64,000 nucleotides of DNA from Octopus vulgaris (Eukaryota). Positions 1 to 13,210 of this stretch are shown piece after piece. The stretch's first letter is position 1, and each line of letters starts with the position of its first letter. Made by a program: the position numbers and the translations under genes. Where the stretch lies: NCBI GenBank assembly GCA_951406725.2, contig OX597819.1, forward strand, positions 120,776,001-120,840,000. The letters run 5' to 3'. The notes below the pieces were generated by a model. It searched no databases. It was not told the origin of the DNA and saw only the letters and a list, made by a program, of their open reading frames with translations.

Positions 1-300
1 ATGTATGTATGTTTGTATGTATGTATGTATACATGTATGCATGTATGTATGTATGCATGTATGTATGTATGCATGCATGCATGTATGTATGTATGTAAGT
101 ATGTATGTATGTATGTATATATGTATGTATTTATGTATGTATGTATGTATGTATGTATGTATGTATGTATGTATGTATGTATGTATGCATGTATGTATGT
201 ATGCATGCATGCATGTATGTATGTATGCATGTATGTATGTATGTATGTATGTATGTATGTATGTATGTATGTATGTATGTATGTATGTATGTATGCGTAT
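1..300. repeat. (ATGT)n microsatellite
   Basis: Direct ATGT tandem array with ATGC variants; explains the MYVC-repeat ORFs. Confidence 0.97.
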
Positions 301-496
301 ATGTCATTATTCAGTTTACATCAAGATTTCTTGCCAATAGAGAAAGAACCGGTTTCTAACCTAGATCCAAGGGCCCTTCATTGGAATTTCAACATCAGCA
401 ATACGGTATTTTTGTTTGTTTGTATGTATGTATGCATGCATGCAGGTATGTATGTATGTATATATGTATGTAAGTATATGTATGTATGTATGTATG

Positions 497-543
<47 letters not shown>

Positions 544-778
544 CTATGTGCAGATTTGTATGGTTTGCTTTATGCATGTATTCTCATGCATATTAGTTGC
601 ACATCTAGACATGCTCATATATATTTAAATGATAAACTTCTGGAAAGTTTTACAGATTTTTACAGTTCCAGTGATGGACTGGATCTGTTGCCTTCGAATT
701 AGCTTTCTCCTTTCTGGGTTTTGAGAAGCATAATTTCTCAAGATTGATATTTAGGTAGTGTGTTAGACAATCCAACGT
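301..778 (-). mobile_element. Penelope-like element 3' remnant (GIY-YIG tail-like segment + pseudo-LTR with hammerhead-like motif), family P1
   Basis: Minus strand gives a frameshifted RRKLI(E)G..IQSITGTV segment resembling a PLE endonuclease C-terminus, followed by GAAATT-CCAATGA-AGGGCCCTTGGATCTAGGTTA-GAAA-CCGG-TT. The same blocks recur inverted at 18761-18980 and 19376-19492. Confidence 0.55.
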
Positions 779-901
779 ATGTATGTATGAATGCATGTAT
801 GTATGAATGTATGTATGTATGTATTGATAGATGGATGGATGTGTGCATGTATGTATATATGGATGGATGGATGGATGGATGTAGTGATTGATCTCGTATA
901 T

Positions 902-1137
902 CAGCGATTCTGAACCATTTTTGCTACCTGGGGACCCCTTTAATTTCTCTTTTACTCAGGTGGGGCCATATAACCATTTGATCTTTACAAGATCCCATTA
1001 TATTTTACATAACTGTATATCATTAGGGATTATATGAAAAAAATGTTAAAATAGTTCCTGTATTGTAAAGGTACAACCAATTTATTGCACACAAATTTTA
1101 ACGACAAGGGTCAGGTGAACCGGGTTGAGAATGCTTT
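902..1137. mobile_element. degenerate hAT-type MITE
   Basis: Ends CAGCGATTCTGAACC ... GGTTGAGAATGCT are imperfect inverted repeats of the CAG..TTCTCAACC type; no coding capacity. Confidence 0.45.
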
Positions 1138-1259
1138 ATCTATGTGGAAAACTACGGCCATATATTTAGCTTTATATATTGTTTTTCTTCTGTTCTTTTA
1201 CTTGTTTCAGTCATTTTGACTACGGCCATGCTGGAGCACCGCCTTAAAGGAACTTGTCT

Positions 1260-1441
1260 AGGCGCAGGCGGGGCTGTGTAGTAAGAAGCTTGCTTCGCAA
1301 CCACATGGTTCTGGGTTCAGTCCTACTGCATGGCGTCTTGGGCAAGTGTCTTCTATTATAGCGTAAGGCCGGCCAAAGTCTTGTGAATTGACTTGGTAGA
1401 CGGAAACTGAAAGAATCCCGTCATATATACTTATGCATACA

Positions 1442-1475
<34 letters not shown>

Positions 1476-1990
1476 CTTTTTATCTTATATTAAACTTTTA
1501 ATAATTTTGATAATTATATATATTTAATTAAAATAAATAAATAAATACATAAATAAATAAAAAATAAAAATAAAAATAAAAATATATATATATATAAATT
1601 TATGAATATAAATTAATAATTTAAAATTTTTAACTTTAAATTTAAATAATTTAAATTTTGAATTTTATATTTTATATATTTTGTATATTATATTAATTAA
1701 TTTTATTTCTATGTTTTGGTTTATGTTTTTCACTGTTTGATTTGCCTAATAGTGGTTTTATCTCTAATTTATATATATATATATTTGTATGTATATGTTT
1801 GTGTGTCTGTGTTTGTCCTCCCGCCCATCGCTTGACAAAGGATGTTTGTGTGTTTGCGTGCCCGTAACTTTGCAGCTCGGCAAAAGGTAACGATAGAATA
1901 AGTACTAGGCTTACAAAGAATGAGTCCAGGAGGTCAATTCCTTCGACTAAAGTGTGTGATCCAGCATGGCCACAGTCAAATGCCTGAGAC
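1260..1990 (+). mobile_element. tRNA-derived SINE family B (CORE-like, with internal microsatellite)
   Basis: Head GGCGCAGG..GCTGTGT.GTAAG, B-box GGTTCAGTCC, CORE-like CTTGGGCAAGTG, GGTAGACGGAAACTGAAAGAA, internal simple repeat, then tail CCAGCATGGCCACAGTCAAATG; many homologous copies in the window. Confidence 0.85.
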
Positions 1991-2008
1991 GTGATATAAT
2001 AAAAAATA

Positions 2009-2051
<43 letters not shown>

Positions 2052-2946
2052 AGTGTATTTGTGAGAGTGTGTGTCTGTTGCATGTATGTGCGCGTGTGTG
2101 TGCATGTATGTGCGCGTGTGTGTATATATACACGTATCGAAACAACATGAAAATTTGCATCCATTTGTCGATATAAGTATTTGTCTCCTGTTAGAAAAGA
2201 CACAAGGCGGTGCTCTAGCATGGCCACAGTCTAATACCTGAAAGAAGTTAAAGATATACGTATGGTTCCCCCACCACATATATAATATATATGCATATAT
2301 GCGTATGTACATATATATGCACACACAAACACACGGACACAGATATAATATACATACATATATATATATATATTTGCGTATATACATACATATACATGCA
2401 CAAACACACAACGAACACATACATGCACACAAATGTAATATATATATATGCATACATGCGTATATACATACATATACACACACAAACGCATAAAACACAA
2501 ACACACACACACATATATATATATGCATATACACACGCACAACCGCCCAACGAACACATACATATACACACAGAGGCACCGCATATAAACACGTGTTGCA
2601 GCCAAGAGCGATAAATTACGCGGATAAGAAAAAGTGGAAATATAAGAAAACAGCGTATCTTGTTTTAACCCAGTGTTAATTCTATCTAATCTGGGTGGTA
2701 GATCACCAACCCTCAGCATTGTACTCATTGACACACGGATTACTGTGTGTGGGTATCATAATAAACATATTTATCTAGTAGAGACACAGCAGGATGAAAA
2801 ATATATAAGACTCTCTTTCAAGACCTCCATGATTGTTATGAGGATGGGTTTATGGTTGTCATTAACAAGGGAGCCCTGTTACGCTGGTTAGCTACAGTCT
2901 GGGCTCTAATAGAGATGCTTAAGATCCACACTATGACATTCCTGTA

Positions 2947-3494
2947 TGAGGGTGAGTCAAAAGTAATGCCATTTTGTTTAGGACAGGTATAATTACCAAC
3001 ACCGGAACATGTATCATACATCAAAATGAAGCTGGTCCTCTGTGGATCACATACCTACTTCTCAACATAGTCACCGTTTCTCTCAATAGCAATGTTTCAC
3101 CTTCGAATGAGAGCATGCATCCCTGATCCATAAAATTCTGTTGACTGTTTTTGAGCCACTTCTTCACTACAGTTTTCACTTTCTCGTCACTGGACTATCA
3201 TCTCTTCGGCCCCATGAAAGAGTGTTTGAGAGGCCAACATTATTCCAGTGACGAGGAAGTGAAAACTGTAGTGTAAGAAGTGGCTCAAAGAACAGTTAAC
3301 TGAATTTTACAGCGCAGGGATACATGCTCTCATTCGAAGGTGAAACATTGCTATTGAGAGAAACGGTGACTATGTTGAGAAGTAGGGATGTAATTTACAA
3401 AGGAACAGCTTCATTTTGATGTATGATACATGTTCCTGTATTGGTAATTATACCTGTTCTAAACAAAATGACGTTACCTTTTGACTCACCCTCG
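2947..3494. mobile_element. mariner-derived fold-back MITE made of two inverted 3' ends
   Basis: TA|TGAGGGTGAGTCAAAAG ... CTTTTGACTCACCCTCG|TA; ~245-bp inverted arms. Plus strand 3194-3384 encodes DYHLFGPMKECLRGQHYSSDEEVKT..KWLKEQ..FY.AGIHALIRR*NIAIERNGDYVEK*, a mariner transposase C-terminus. Confidence 0.92.
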
Positions 3495-3889
3495 TAGTAT
3501 ATAGCTTAAAACATGAATGGTTAGTCCTAGGGACATCAATACAGTTTTCATCTGCCAGACAACCGGCAGAGAGCATAGGTCGACCCGAGCCTGCACTGAG
3601 AGACACTCGAACGTAGTTTTGTGGAGCAGTGTTATAGAAAAATATAGAGTTGCACCAGGTTATGCTACATTATATATAGCATAATGGTATATTATATAAT
3701 TGCACATCTCAGCCACATGCAAGGCCTTATCTACGTTTCCATATAAGATGTATACAATCGCGATATAGTTACACACAAACTCAGCGAGTGGCTCTTGTGC
3801 GTATGTAGCTACATGTGTCAATGTGAGTCTCTATATACGTAACACTGATCTACTGTCAGCAGAAGAGACGTATACACATGCATCGTTGC

Positions 3890-3929
<40 letters not shown>

Positions 3930-3930
<1 letters not shown>

Positions 3931-4025
3931 AACTGGGGTCGATTTGTTCGACTAAAGGCGGTTCTCCATGCATGGCCGTAGTCACGCAGTCAAATGACTG
4001 AAACAAGTGAAAGAATAAAAGAATA
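3930..4025 (+). mobile_element. solo 3' tail of SINE family B
   Basis: GGGGTCGATTTGTTCGACTAAAGGCGG...CAGTCAAATGACTGAAACAAGT directly after a (TA)n tract. Confidence 0.8.
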
Positions 4026-4245
4026 TGTATTATACTGGCCGAAACCTATCATAGTATATATCTATCTATCAATATATATATACATACATTCCTAAATACA
4101 TGTACATGCACATATGATTGTGTGCGCATATATGTACACATGTATGTATATCTATGAACAAAAGCTCACACCCACATATGTGTATCTATGTATTTATACA
4201 TAGATACGTAGACATATGCTCTCACACGCATACATATGTATATAT

Positions 4246-4279
<34 letters not shown>

Positions 4280-4349
4280 TTATATATGAAGATATATGAA
4301 GATATATACATATATATGCATATATATAAAAATATGCATATGTATATAA

Positions 4350-4382
<33 letters not shown>

Positions 4383-4559
4383 TGTACTGACATATATGCC
4401 ATCATACATGTACATACATATATACATACACATATACGTATATGTTTCATATATATATATGTATATATATATATAAATATATGTATAACCATATTAATAT
4501 CTTGCTATAAGTTTTGCTTATCTTTACACGGTGCCCAAATAATACGTACATATACATAC

Positions 4560-4660
<101 letters not shown>

Positions 4661-4979
4661 TAAGTATACATCTATATACATCTATATATATATATGTATT
4701 TTCGCGAGCGTGTGCGTGTGTGTGTGTATAGATAAAGTGATGGTGATGAGTTTTCTGATGATCCTCATGATAATGATAATTGTGAAACGAACATTAATAT
4801 CAAACTGGGACAGCAACCCCAGCAGACAATGAACGTCTTTGTGTCCATCGTTCATCGCCAATTGCGTTCTTCCATCTCCACTGTTAGTTTCTGTTCGTTC
4901 AAGCCAGATGACGACGACGACGGCGGCGGCGATGATTTAACCAGCGAGCAAATAATTTTCCCACGATAAACATCTAAAA

Positions 4980-5608
4980 AACAACAACCGCCACCGCCAC
5001 CACCATCACTGCCACCATATCGTTAACGACGGCGACGACAACGACGACGACGACAACGACGACGACGACAACGACGACGACGACAACGACGACGACGACA
5101 ACGACGACGACGACGACAACGACGACGACGACAACGACGACGACGACAACGACGACGACGACCACTACCATCGCCACCACTATCATCGCCACCACTACCA
5201 CCACCACCACCACCACCACCACCGCGGCCATCGCCACCACGATCATCGCCATCTCTACCATCGCCACCACGACCATCACCACCTCAACCATCGCCACCAC
5301 CACCACCATTGCCACCATCACCACCACCATTGCCACCACCACCACCACCACCACCTTCATTGCTGCTGCTGCCGCTGCTACTACTACTACTTCAACTCCT
5401 ACTGCTGCTGCTACTGCTACCTTCCACTCCCATCACGACTACTAGTAGAACTCACTCCACCCACTACTACACTACTACCTTCCGACTACTATTCGAACCC
5501 ACTCTCTTACTACTACTACTACTACTACTGCTACTACTACTGCTTCTACTACTACTACTACTACTACTACTATTACTACTACTACTACTACAACTACTAC
5601 TGCTGCTG

Positions 5609-5663
<55 letters not shown>

Positions 5664-5675
5664 AACTACTACCGC
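4980..5675. repeat. compound trinucleotide microsatellite (ACG/ACA)n-(ACC)n-(GCT)n-(ACT)n
   Basis: Successive triplet arrays; GACGACGACAAC 12-mer higher-order unit at ~5035-5160. Confidence 0.95.
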
Positions 5676-6128
5676 CACTGCGGCTGCAAAGCTCTATTCA
5701 GTCCTCGACCTTTCGAAAATAATTACAATTTTCATTGAAATCACACACCTCCGTCGTTAGAAAGTTAGGCTCCATTGGATAATATAACCCTACATGAATT
5801 TCGCTTAAGTTATAACAGGGTGGTCACGGCTGGAATGTTTTGTTACTGTTTTCTTGGAGTTGATTTTGAGTAACATTCTTCATTTTCGACCAACTTGAAC
5901 CATCTTGCACTTTTGGCTTCTTCAGTTGAGTCCACTCTTTTGAAAGCACAAGGATTTAAGCATATTTTACCCGAATAAAAGACATGGCTGGAAATAATCC
6001 TGGCACGGCGAGCAAGTGCTTTGTACTAAAGCCTCACACAGACTAAAGCCTTGTGAATGGATTTGATGAATGGAAATTGGAAGAAGCCCGTCGTGTATAT
6101 ACATGTACAGAGTTCCAAAATTCTGACG

Positions 6129-6176
<48 letters not shown>

Positions 6177-6230
6177 CGTATATATGAAACAAATGTCAAG
6201 GTAGAAAATACTAAAATAATTCTATAAAAA

Positions 6231-6276
6231 CTTTTCAGTACCGGTTTCAGTCATTGAGACTTTTTCAACTCTAAGT
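6231..6276 (-). ncRNA. minimal hammerhead-ribozyme-like motif in a Penelope-like end (U3-A8 core variant)
   Basis: Minus strand: GAG-TTGAAAA-AGTC-TCAAT-GACT-GAAA-CCGG-TA-CTG; perfect 4-bp stem II, GAAA, palindromic CCGG cap, UA site; stem I weak. Confidence 0.5.
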
Positions 6277-7334
6277 ATTGAAAACAATTAAATTTTGGAA
6301 AACGTTAAATAAAAGTAATTCAAAGGGCCGGCTTTGTCACATTTCGTATCACACTGAATCTCCCCGAGAACGGCGTCCCTGGCGGTGGTGGAAAGAGCCA
6401 GATGGACGTTGAAGAAAGGTAGGGGATAATGGGAGTAACCGAAAGGGGGTGTTGGATGTAAAAACAAAATACTGGGTCAATTAGGTTAAGATCTATTTGT
6501 GAAATAGGGTCATTTTAAACTTGTTGCAGAAAGTGGTCAATATTCATGGTGGTGGTAGTGATGGGGGCAGCAGCGTTGGAATGCGGCCCAGGTCCCAATA
6601 AGTCGGCAGCCTGAAAAAAGTTTCGGAACCACTGCTTTTATAGTTCTACTTTTATAGAGTTAATAGACAACAGTTGTCTGCACGATGAAAAAAATAATAG
6701 GGAAAAAAAATCAATTAAAAATTACCCCGTGATTGAGATGTGTAATTACACGAAAGCTGTAAGAGTAAGGTTAGAGATGGGCGTAAGCAGACACATCCTG
6801 AGCAGATGAGTACAGGGTCATTCAAACAATGAACTCGCTAAGTGTCTTTTATAACACACAGGGCACAATTATATTATTTATTTCTAAATATTGGCATAGC
6901 CGTGGCTGTGTGGCTTGGCTAAGATTATTCAAGGTGTTGCCTCAACATGGTCGCAGTCTAGTGACTGAAACAAGTAAAAGATAAGATATATTTTGTATAC
7001 TTTCAGTTCAATTGCCGGTTTAAACTTTACTCATAAACATTTATTTTTTTGTACGTGTGTATAATATTTGCTTTCGCGAAAAAGCGAAGGATTGTATCTG
7101 CAAGTGGTCCCATGTGTACTTGCACAATTTGCGTGAAAATATGCAGCGTTAGGATTAATTTCGCACCATATTATGTATCTTAATCGTCATTTGCTCGGTG
7201 AACAGCGAAAATCGATACTGAGACTTTCATATTTATTCTTAATACGCTCCGACAGATTCGAACGTGAGTATGTTAATCGATGTCGCATTTGGTCGCAGCA
7301 CAACATTTTCCCGAAAAATGCGTGTTCATATATA

Positions 7335-7788
7335 TTTCTTTATTGCCCACAAAGAGCTAAACACAGAGGGGACAAACAAGGACAGACAAAGGGATTAAGT
7401 CGGTTACATCGACCCTGGTGCGAAACTGGAACTTTATTTATCGACAGAGGGGACAAACAAGGACAGAAAGGATTAATGATCGAAGGCAAAGTCGACCTCG
7501 GTGGAAAGTCGACCTCGGCGGACTTTGAACTCAGAATGTAACGACAGACGAAATACCTATTTCTTTATTACCCACAAGGGCTAAACACAGAGAGGACAAA
7601 CAAGGACAGACATAGGATTAAGTCGATTATATCGACCCCAGTGCGTAACTGGTACTTAATTTATCGACCCCGAAAGGATGAAACGCAAAGTCGACCTCGG
7701 CGGAATTTGAACTCAGAACGTAACGGCAGACGAAATACCGCTAAGCATTTCGCCCGGCGTGCTAACGTGTCTGCCAACTTGCCGCCTT
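7335..7788 (-). mobile_element. multimeric SINE family A (Nin/Deu-like core) with TSD
   Basis: Head GGCGGC.AG.TGGCAGA.ACGTTAGC, B-box GAGTTCAAATTCC, core GCCTTTCATCCTTTCGGGGTCGATAAATTAAGTACCAG; at least two linked units; GTGTTCATA at 7322-7330 and 7789-7797. Confidence 0.88.
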
Positions 7789-8099
7789 GTGTTCATAATA
7801 TACTTGATTCATTGGTACAAAGGATTCTAGCGTAGCCTGAATTTCGACGCTGTTATTGCTCGTCAGCTTGAGACACCTCCGGAGTAATGAATCTAACAAG
7901 AGGCGATACTCTTGTTTACAGCTTCAGCGAACAAGCTGTTCACAGATCCGTGCTGATATCTACTAACCGATAATAAATCTTTATATACACGAAAAACAAC
8001 GAAAATCAAAACAATGACATTTATATTTATTCATAATAGTAAATAATAAATAACGTTCTGAATATACGAAGATTAACAGAGAAATGTTAAATCTCTCTA

Positions 8100-9000
8100 A
8101 AATGACATTATAAAAAGTGCAACGAATCAACAAAGTTATAGATTGTAATATCAGTTGTGGAATGGTTTACTGGTCATAATAGGAAATACTTTTCCAACAC
8201 AAGTACAAAGATAATGAGAAACAATTCCCAAATCAAATTTCATACAGACTGACTTTATCTCAAACGAAAATAACGTGAAAGACGTTTAAGATAATTCTAG
8301 AAGGATTTTGTGTCGTGTATCACAGTGTCACTAAGATATTCTGTGATGTGGAATTAGACCAGAACTGTATATATGAAATATTTTCATTGATGAGTGACGT
8401 GATATAAAAGACGTTTTAAGTGAAAGTCTAATGACGGCTTATCTAGCATATCTGCGCACATCTAAAGAAAATTCACACTGCATATCAAGCGAAGAAGGAT
8501 TAGGAATAACTTATCTGCAAGTTGGATAATGGCGTCTAAATAGATAGAATAGACAAGGAAAGAAGCTTATACTAAATGGATGAACGTTGTATTACTTCAC
8601 GTTTTGATATGAAATTATTGATGTACCTTGGCAATAAAAGAAGAGCACGAGATGGCAACTCAATATCATTTAAACAAGTGAGATAGGGATTCATCTAGAA
8701 GCTGTAATAAAATATGTCAAAATGTTGTGGAGGGTTTGATAACACAACAAGAATGATCTGGGTAACAAGGCGTGTTAGGTAACTAACCAACTAATGAGAA
8801 AAAAACCCTGTCGAATGAGAACTAACGTTATATAAAATCATATTCTTTTGAATAATACTGTTATAGAAAGGAGGAGATATAAACCCACGACTATGTTAAA
8901 AAGTTTAAGGTTTTGTAGAACGCCTGATATTTTAGGGAGACGATGCATTTATGTGAGAATGTTACGTAAATAGGAACTAATAAGAAAACATTTATTGAGA
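8100..9000 (+). pseudogene. highly decayed non-LTR (R4/Dong-like?) ORF remnant
   Basis: Purine-rich coding-like composition with scattered motif echoes (EEGLGI, RPDI-like CGCCTGATATT at ~8921); many stops. Confidence 0.25.
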
Positions 9001-9075
9001 ACTAACCCTCTATAAAATTATTATCTGTTGGATGGTAGAATTGACAATATATAACGTTATATAATATTATATTAC

Positions 9076-10562
9076 GACGGCGAGGTGGCAGAACCGTTAG
9101 CACGCCGGACCAATTGCGTAGCCGTATTTCGTCTGCCTTTACGTTGCGAGTTCAAATTCCGTCTAAGTCGACTTTGCCTTTCATCCTTTCGAGGTCGATA
9201 AATTAAGTGCCAGTTACGCACTGGGGTCGATGTAATCGACTTAATCTGTGTGTCTGTCCTTGTTTGTCCCCTCTAAGTTTAGCTCCTGTGGCAATAAAGT
9301 AATAAGAAACATTACCACGCCGAGCGAAATGCTTAGCAGTATTTTCCACATCGCTACGTTCTGAGTTCAAATTCCGCCGAGGTCGACTTTGCCTTTCATC
9401 CTTTCCGGGTCGATAAATTAAGTACCAGTTGTGTACTGGAGTCGATCTAATCGACTGTCACCCTCCCTTAAAATTTCGGGCTTTGTGCCTAGAGTAGAAA
9501 AGAATATTATATTAAGGCGGCAAGCTGGCGGAATCGTTAGTGCGCCGGAGGAAATACTTAGCTACGTTCTGAGTTCAAATTCCGGCGAGGTCGACTTTGC
9601 CTTTCATCCTATCCGGGTCGATAAATTCAGTATCAGTTACGCACTGGAGTCGATGTAATCGACTTAATCCGTTTGTCTGTCCTTGTTTGTCCTCTCTGTG
9701 TTTAGCCCCTTGTAGGTAGTAAAGAAATAAGTATTTTGTCTATCTTTACGTTCTGAGATCAAATTCCGCCGGGGTCGACTTTGCCTTTCATCCTTTCCGG
9801 GTTGATAAATTAAGTACCAGTTGCGTACTGAGGTCGATCTAATGGACTGTCGCCCTCACCCAAAATTTTGAGCCTTGTGCCTAGAGTAGAAAAGAATATT
9901 ATATTAAGGCGGCGAGCTGGTGGAATCGTTAGTGCGCCGGAGGAAATGCTCAGCTGCGTTCTGAGTTCAAATTCCGCCGAGGTCGACTTTACCTTTCATC
10001 CTATCCGGGTCGATAAATTCAGTACCAGTTAAATAGTGGGGTCGATGTGATCGACTTACTCCTTCCTCCAAAATTTCAGGCCTTGCGCTTACAGTAGAAA
10101 GTTTTTTCAATATTATATTCCAACAGAAATACACCGAGCTGGCAGAAACGTTAGCACGCCGGGCTAAATGCGTAACCGTATTTCGTCTGCCGTTAAGTTC
10201 TGGGTTCAAATTTCGCCAAGGTCGACTTTACCTTTCATCCTTTCGTGATCGATAAATTCAGTACCAGTTACGCACTGGAGTCGATGTAATCGACTTAATC
10301 CCTTTGCCTGTCCTTGTTTGTCCCCTCTATGTTTAACCTCTTTGGGGCAATAAAGAAATACGAAACGTTAGCATGCCGGGGAAATACTCAGCGGTATTTC
10401 GTCAGTTTTTGCGTTCTGAGTTCAAATTCAGCCGGGATCGACTTTGCCTTAAATCCTTTCGGGTTCGATAAATTAAGTACCAGTTGCGTACTGGGGTCGA
10501 TCTAATCGACTGGTGCCCTCACCCAAAATTTCGGGCCTTGTGCCTAGGATAGAAAAGAATAT
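9076..10562 (+). mobile_element. head-to-tail cluster of ~7 SINE family A units
   Basis: Repeated GAGTTCAAATTCCGCCGAGGTCGACTTTGCCTTTCATCC cores with two alternating tails (..AATAAAGAAATA and ..GTGCCTAGAGTAGAAAAGAATA). Confidence 0.9.
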
Positions 10563-11271
10563 ACCAGATGAGCACTGGAAATTAATTGGTCAAATTCAGC
10601 ATTTGAAACCGACTTCACCTGTTTGGGGCACCGCCATTGTGTTGCTGCAGTAAAATTTGTGACCATGCATTAACATTTGAAACCGTTATCATATTTATTC
10701 TTGCTGCTTTTGTTGTTTAAATTTTCGTTTTGCATTACAAAATCCCGTTAATTCCTACCCTGATGTCAGCTTTCTCACTCTTCTGCTTCCAGACATTGAT
10801 TCTTTTAAAACTTTCGCCATTTTCCAAACTTAATCCTCTCTTATCGCTTCATATTTCCTCACTCCCACCCCAATCGGTTTTTTTCACTGCTTAATATTTC
10901 CGACTCCTCAATAGACCACTTTCTTACTCTTTCTCCTTCCTCTCTTTCAATCTGTTTGTATATGAATTTTTCAATTGATATATATATATATAAACATGAA
11001 TCCACACGTGCACACACATATACGTAAATAGATATCTATATACAAGCTTATGATTCTCTACATAACTGTCTACCTACTTCTATTTTTTGTTCGCATACAT
11101 TCACCACTCTCCCCCCCTCTCTCTCTCTCTTTATAAATATATATATATATATATATATATCTGACCACCTGCCTATCTATCTGTCTGTCCCTCGGACTCC
11201 CTGTCTGTCTTGCTGCTTTTCTATCAAACTATCTATCTATCCCATCCATCGATCCATCGATCCATCGATCC

Positions 11272-11330
<59 letters not shown>

Positions 11331-11331
11331 A

Positions 11332-11408
<77 letters not shown>

Positions 11409-12820
11409 CGCGTCCGTCATCTACTACCGCCTGACCGTCGTACCTTGTCCCGACCCTACCATCACCAAACTACAACGCATCCTCTTTCGCTTCTTGTGGA
11501 AAGGATGCGTCCCGATGGTCAGGCGATCCATTTGCTGTCAACACCCGTTAAAAGGAGGGCTGGGCATGCCGTGGTTGATGATGCGCAGACACGCGCTGAG
11601 ACTGCGGCATCTCTGGCTCTATGTAGACGACGGTGAACAGGTGTGGTCGCCGTTTGTGAGGCACGCTTTCCCGCAGCTCGTCTCCATGACCGAACTGCAG
11701 TCGTGGATCAAAAGAGGCCGAGGAAGGGCGAATGGCACCGCGAGTGTCGCGTTGCTCTCAAGCAACTCTGCCGTCCTGGGTCGACCTTAAGTGACTTCAA
11801 CACAACCAAAGCATTCTATAGGGGTTTAGTGGAGGAGGTACGACGACGAGCTCGGGGCGAACCTGGACGTCGACGAGGAGTACCTGACCCGCCTGTTCAG
11901 GACGACTTTCGGGCCAGGGCCCATGGACAACTTCCAGAGATCCCTGGCCTGGCAGTGCTACCGAGAAGCGCTACCCGTTCGGGATAAGCTCTACAGACAC
12001 GGCTCGAGAAACACGGGGCCGACCTGCCCGCGATGCGGTCAGAGCGACGAAACCGTTCTGCACGCACTCGTTCAGTGTCCAACAATTTCCGACCTGTGGG
12101 CTTATGTCGAACAACTGCTGTCACGTGTGGGACGAGTCGGTTTATCAGCTGAGTCTATCGTCAATATTGTCACGCCTCCTTCCTTCAAACGGGAAGGAAG
12201 AGCTATTTTCATCATCCTTGTGGCTATGGCGAAAGAATGTATCTGGTGGACGCGTCTGAAAGGATTGGAGACAAACACTTTCCTCTCTGGTCAATCTCTC
12301 ATCAACTTCTTCAAGTACCACTTGAAAAGGAAAGTGAGAGTAGAGAGCCAAGTTTTGTCTAGCGAATGTTTTAAAAAAAGATGGGTGAATGTAGCAAGAA
12401 TGGCACGTATGAATGACGAAGCCACCTTGAGCATAGTCCTATGAACCTAGAAATCGAAAACAGAGAGTTGCTTATTTGCAAAAAAAAAAAAAAAAAAGAA
12501 ATATAAAATGTGACATCATTGACCGAGGTTACCGTGGTCTTTTCCGTAGGCTTTTCTTTGCACGGGTAAACCTCACCTGTCCTCCCCTTTACACTTCATA
12601 TTGACATTTCTGTGATAACGATCCCTATTGATCAATTTTTTTTCCTACCCCCTTTTTTTTAAACCCCCCTTTTTTTGTCCTCTTTCTCTCCTTTTACGAT
12701 CCCTTTTGATCGAAACTCCCCCTTCCTTTTTTTTTTTTTTTTTCTTAAACCTTCAAAAGAAAAGCTCTACCTTGTAATTTGTTCTATCTGTGTGCAGCCC
12801 TGTGTGGCTAATAAAGAAAC
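11409..12820 (+). mobile_element. L1/Tx1-like LINE, 5'-truncated copy 1 (ORF2 C-terminus with zf-RVT-like CCHC + 3'UTR)
   Basis: RILFRFLWKG..V.R.....PLKGGLGMP and [36 protein letters not shown] motifs; stop at 12444; 3'UTR ends AATAAAGAAAC; two frameshifts (~11712, ~11835); GC-rich relative to flanks. Confidence 0.9.
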
Positions 12821-12839
12821 ATATCTATATGTCTATCTA

Positions 12840-12872
<33 letters not shown>

Positions 12873-12876
12873 TTAT

Positions 12877-12907
<31 letters not shown>

Positions 12908-12913
12908 CATCCG

Positions 12914-12980
<67 letters not shown>

Positions 12981-13060
12981 CTCTCTCTCCTCTCTCTCTC
13001 TATCTATCTATCTATCTATCTATTTATCTCTCTCTCTCTATCTATCTATCTATCCATCCG

Positions 13061-13114
<54 letters not shown>

Positions 13115-13130
13115 ATCTATCCATCCATCC

Positions 13131-13210
<80 letters not shown>
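12821..13210. repeat. (ATCT)n/(CT)n microsatellite between the two LINE copies
   Basis: Direct repeat; the same tract type flanks at 11270-11408 and 14321-14622. Confidence 0.95.

Noticed and set aside
1475-1780. Nearly pure A/T aperiodic tract (similar at 17615-17900)
   Set aside because: Lies at the SINE internal microsatellite position; probably decayed (TA)n or poor consensus over a TA hairpin.
4978-5445. Thr/Ala-rich open frame resembling a mucin exon
   Set aside because: Explained by in-phase ACN/GCN triplet microsatellites; no convincing splice sites or unique coding flanks.
9076-10562. Regularly recurring repeats resembling a CRISPR array
   Set aside because: Units are 150-240-bp SINE modules with Pol III boxes, the intervening sequences are not unique spacers, there are no cas genes, and the context is eukaryotic.
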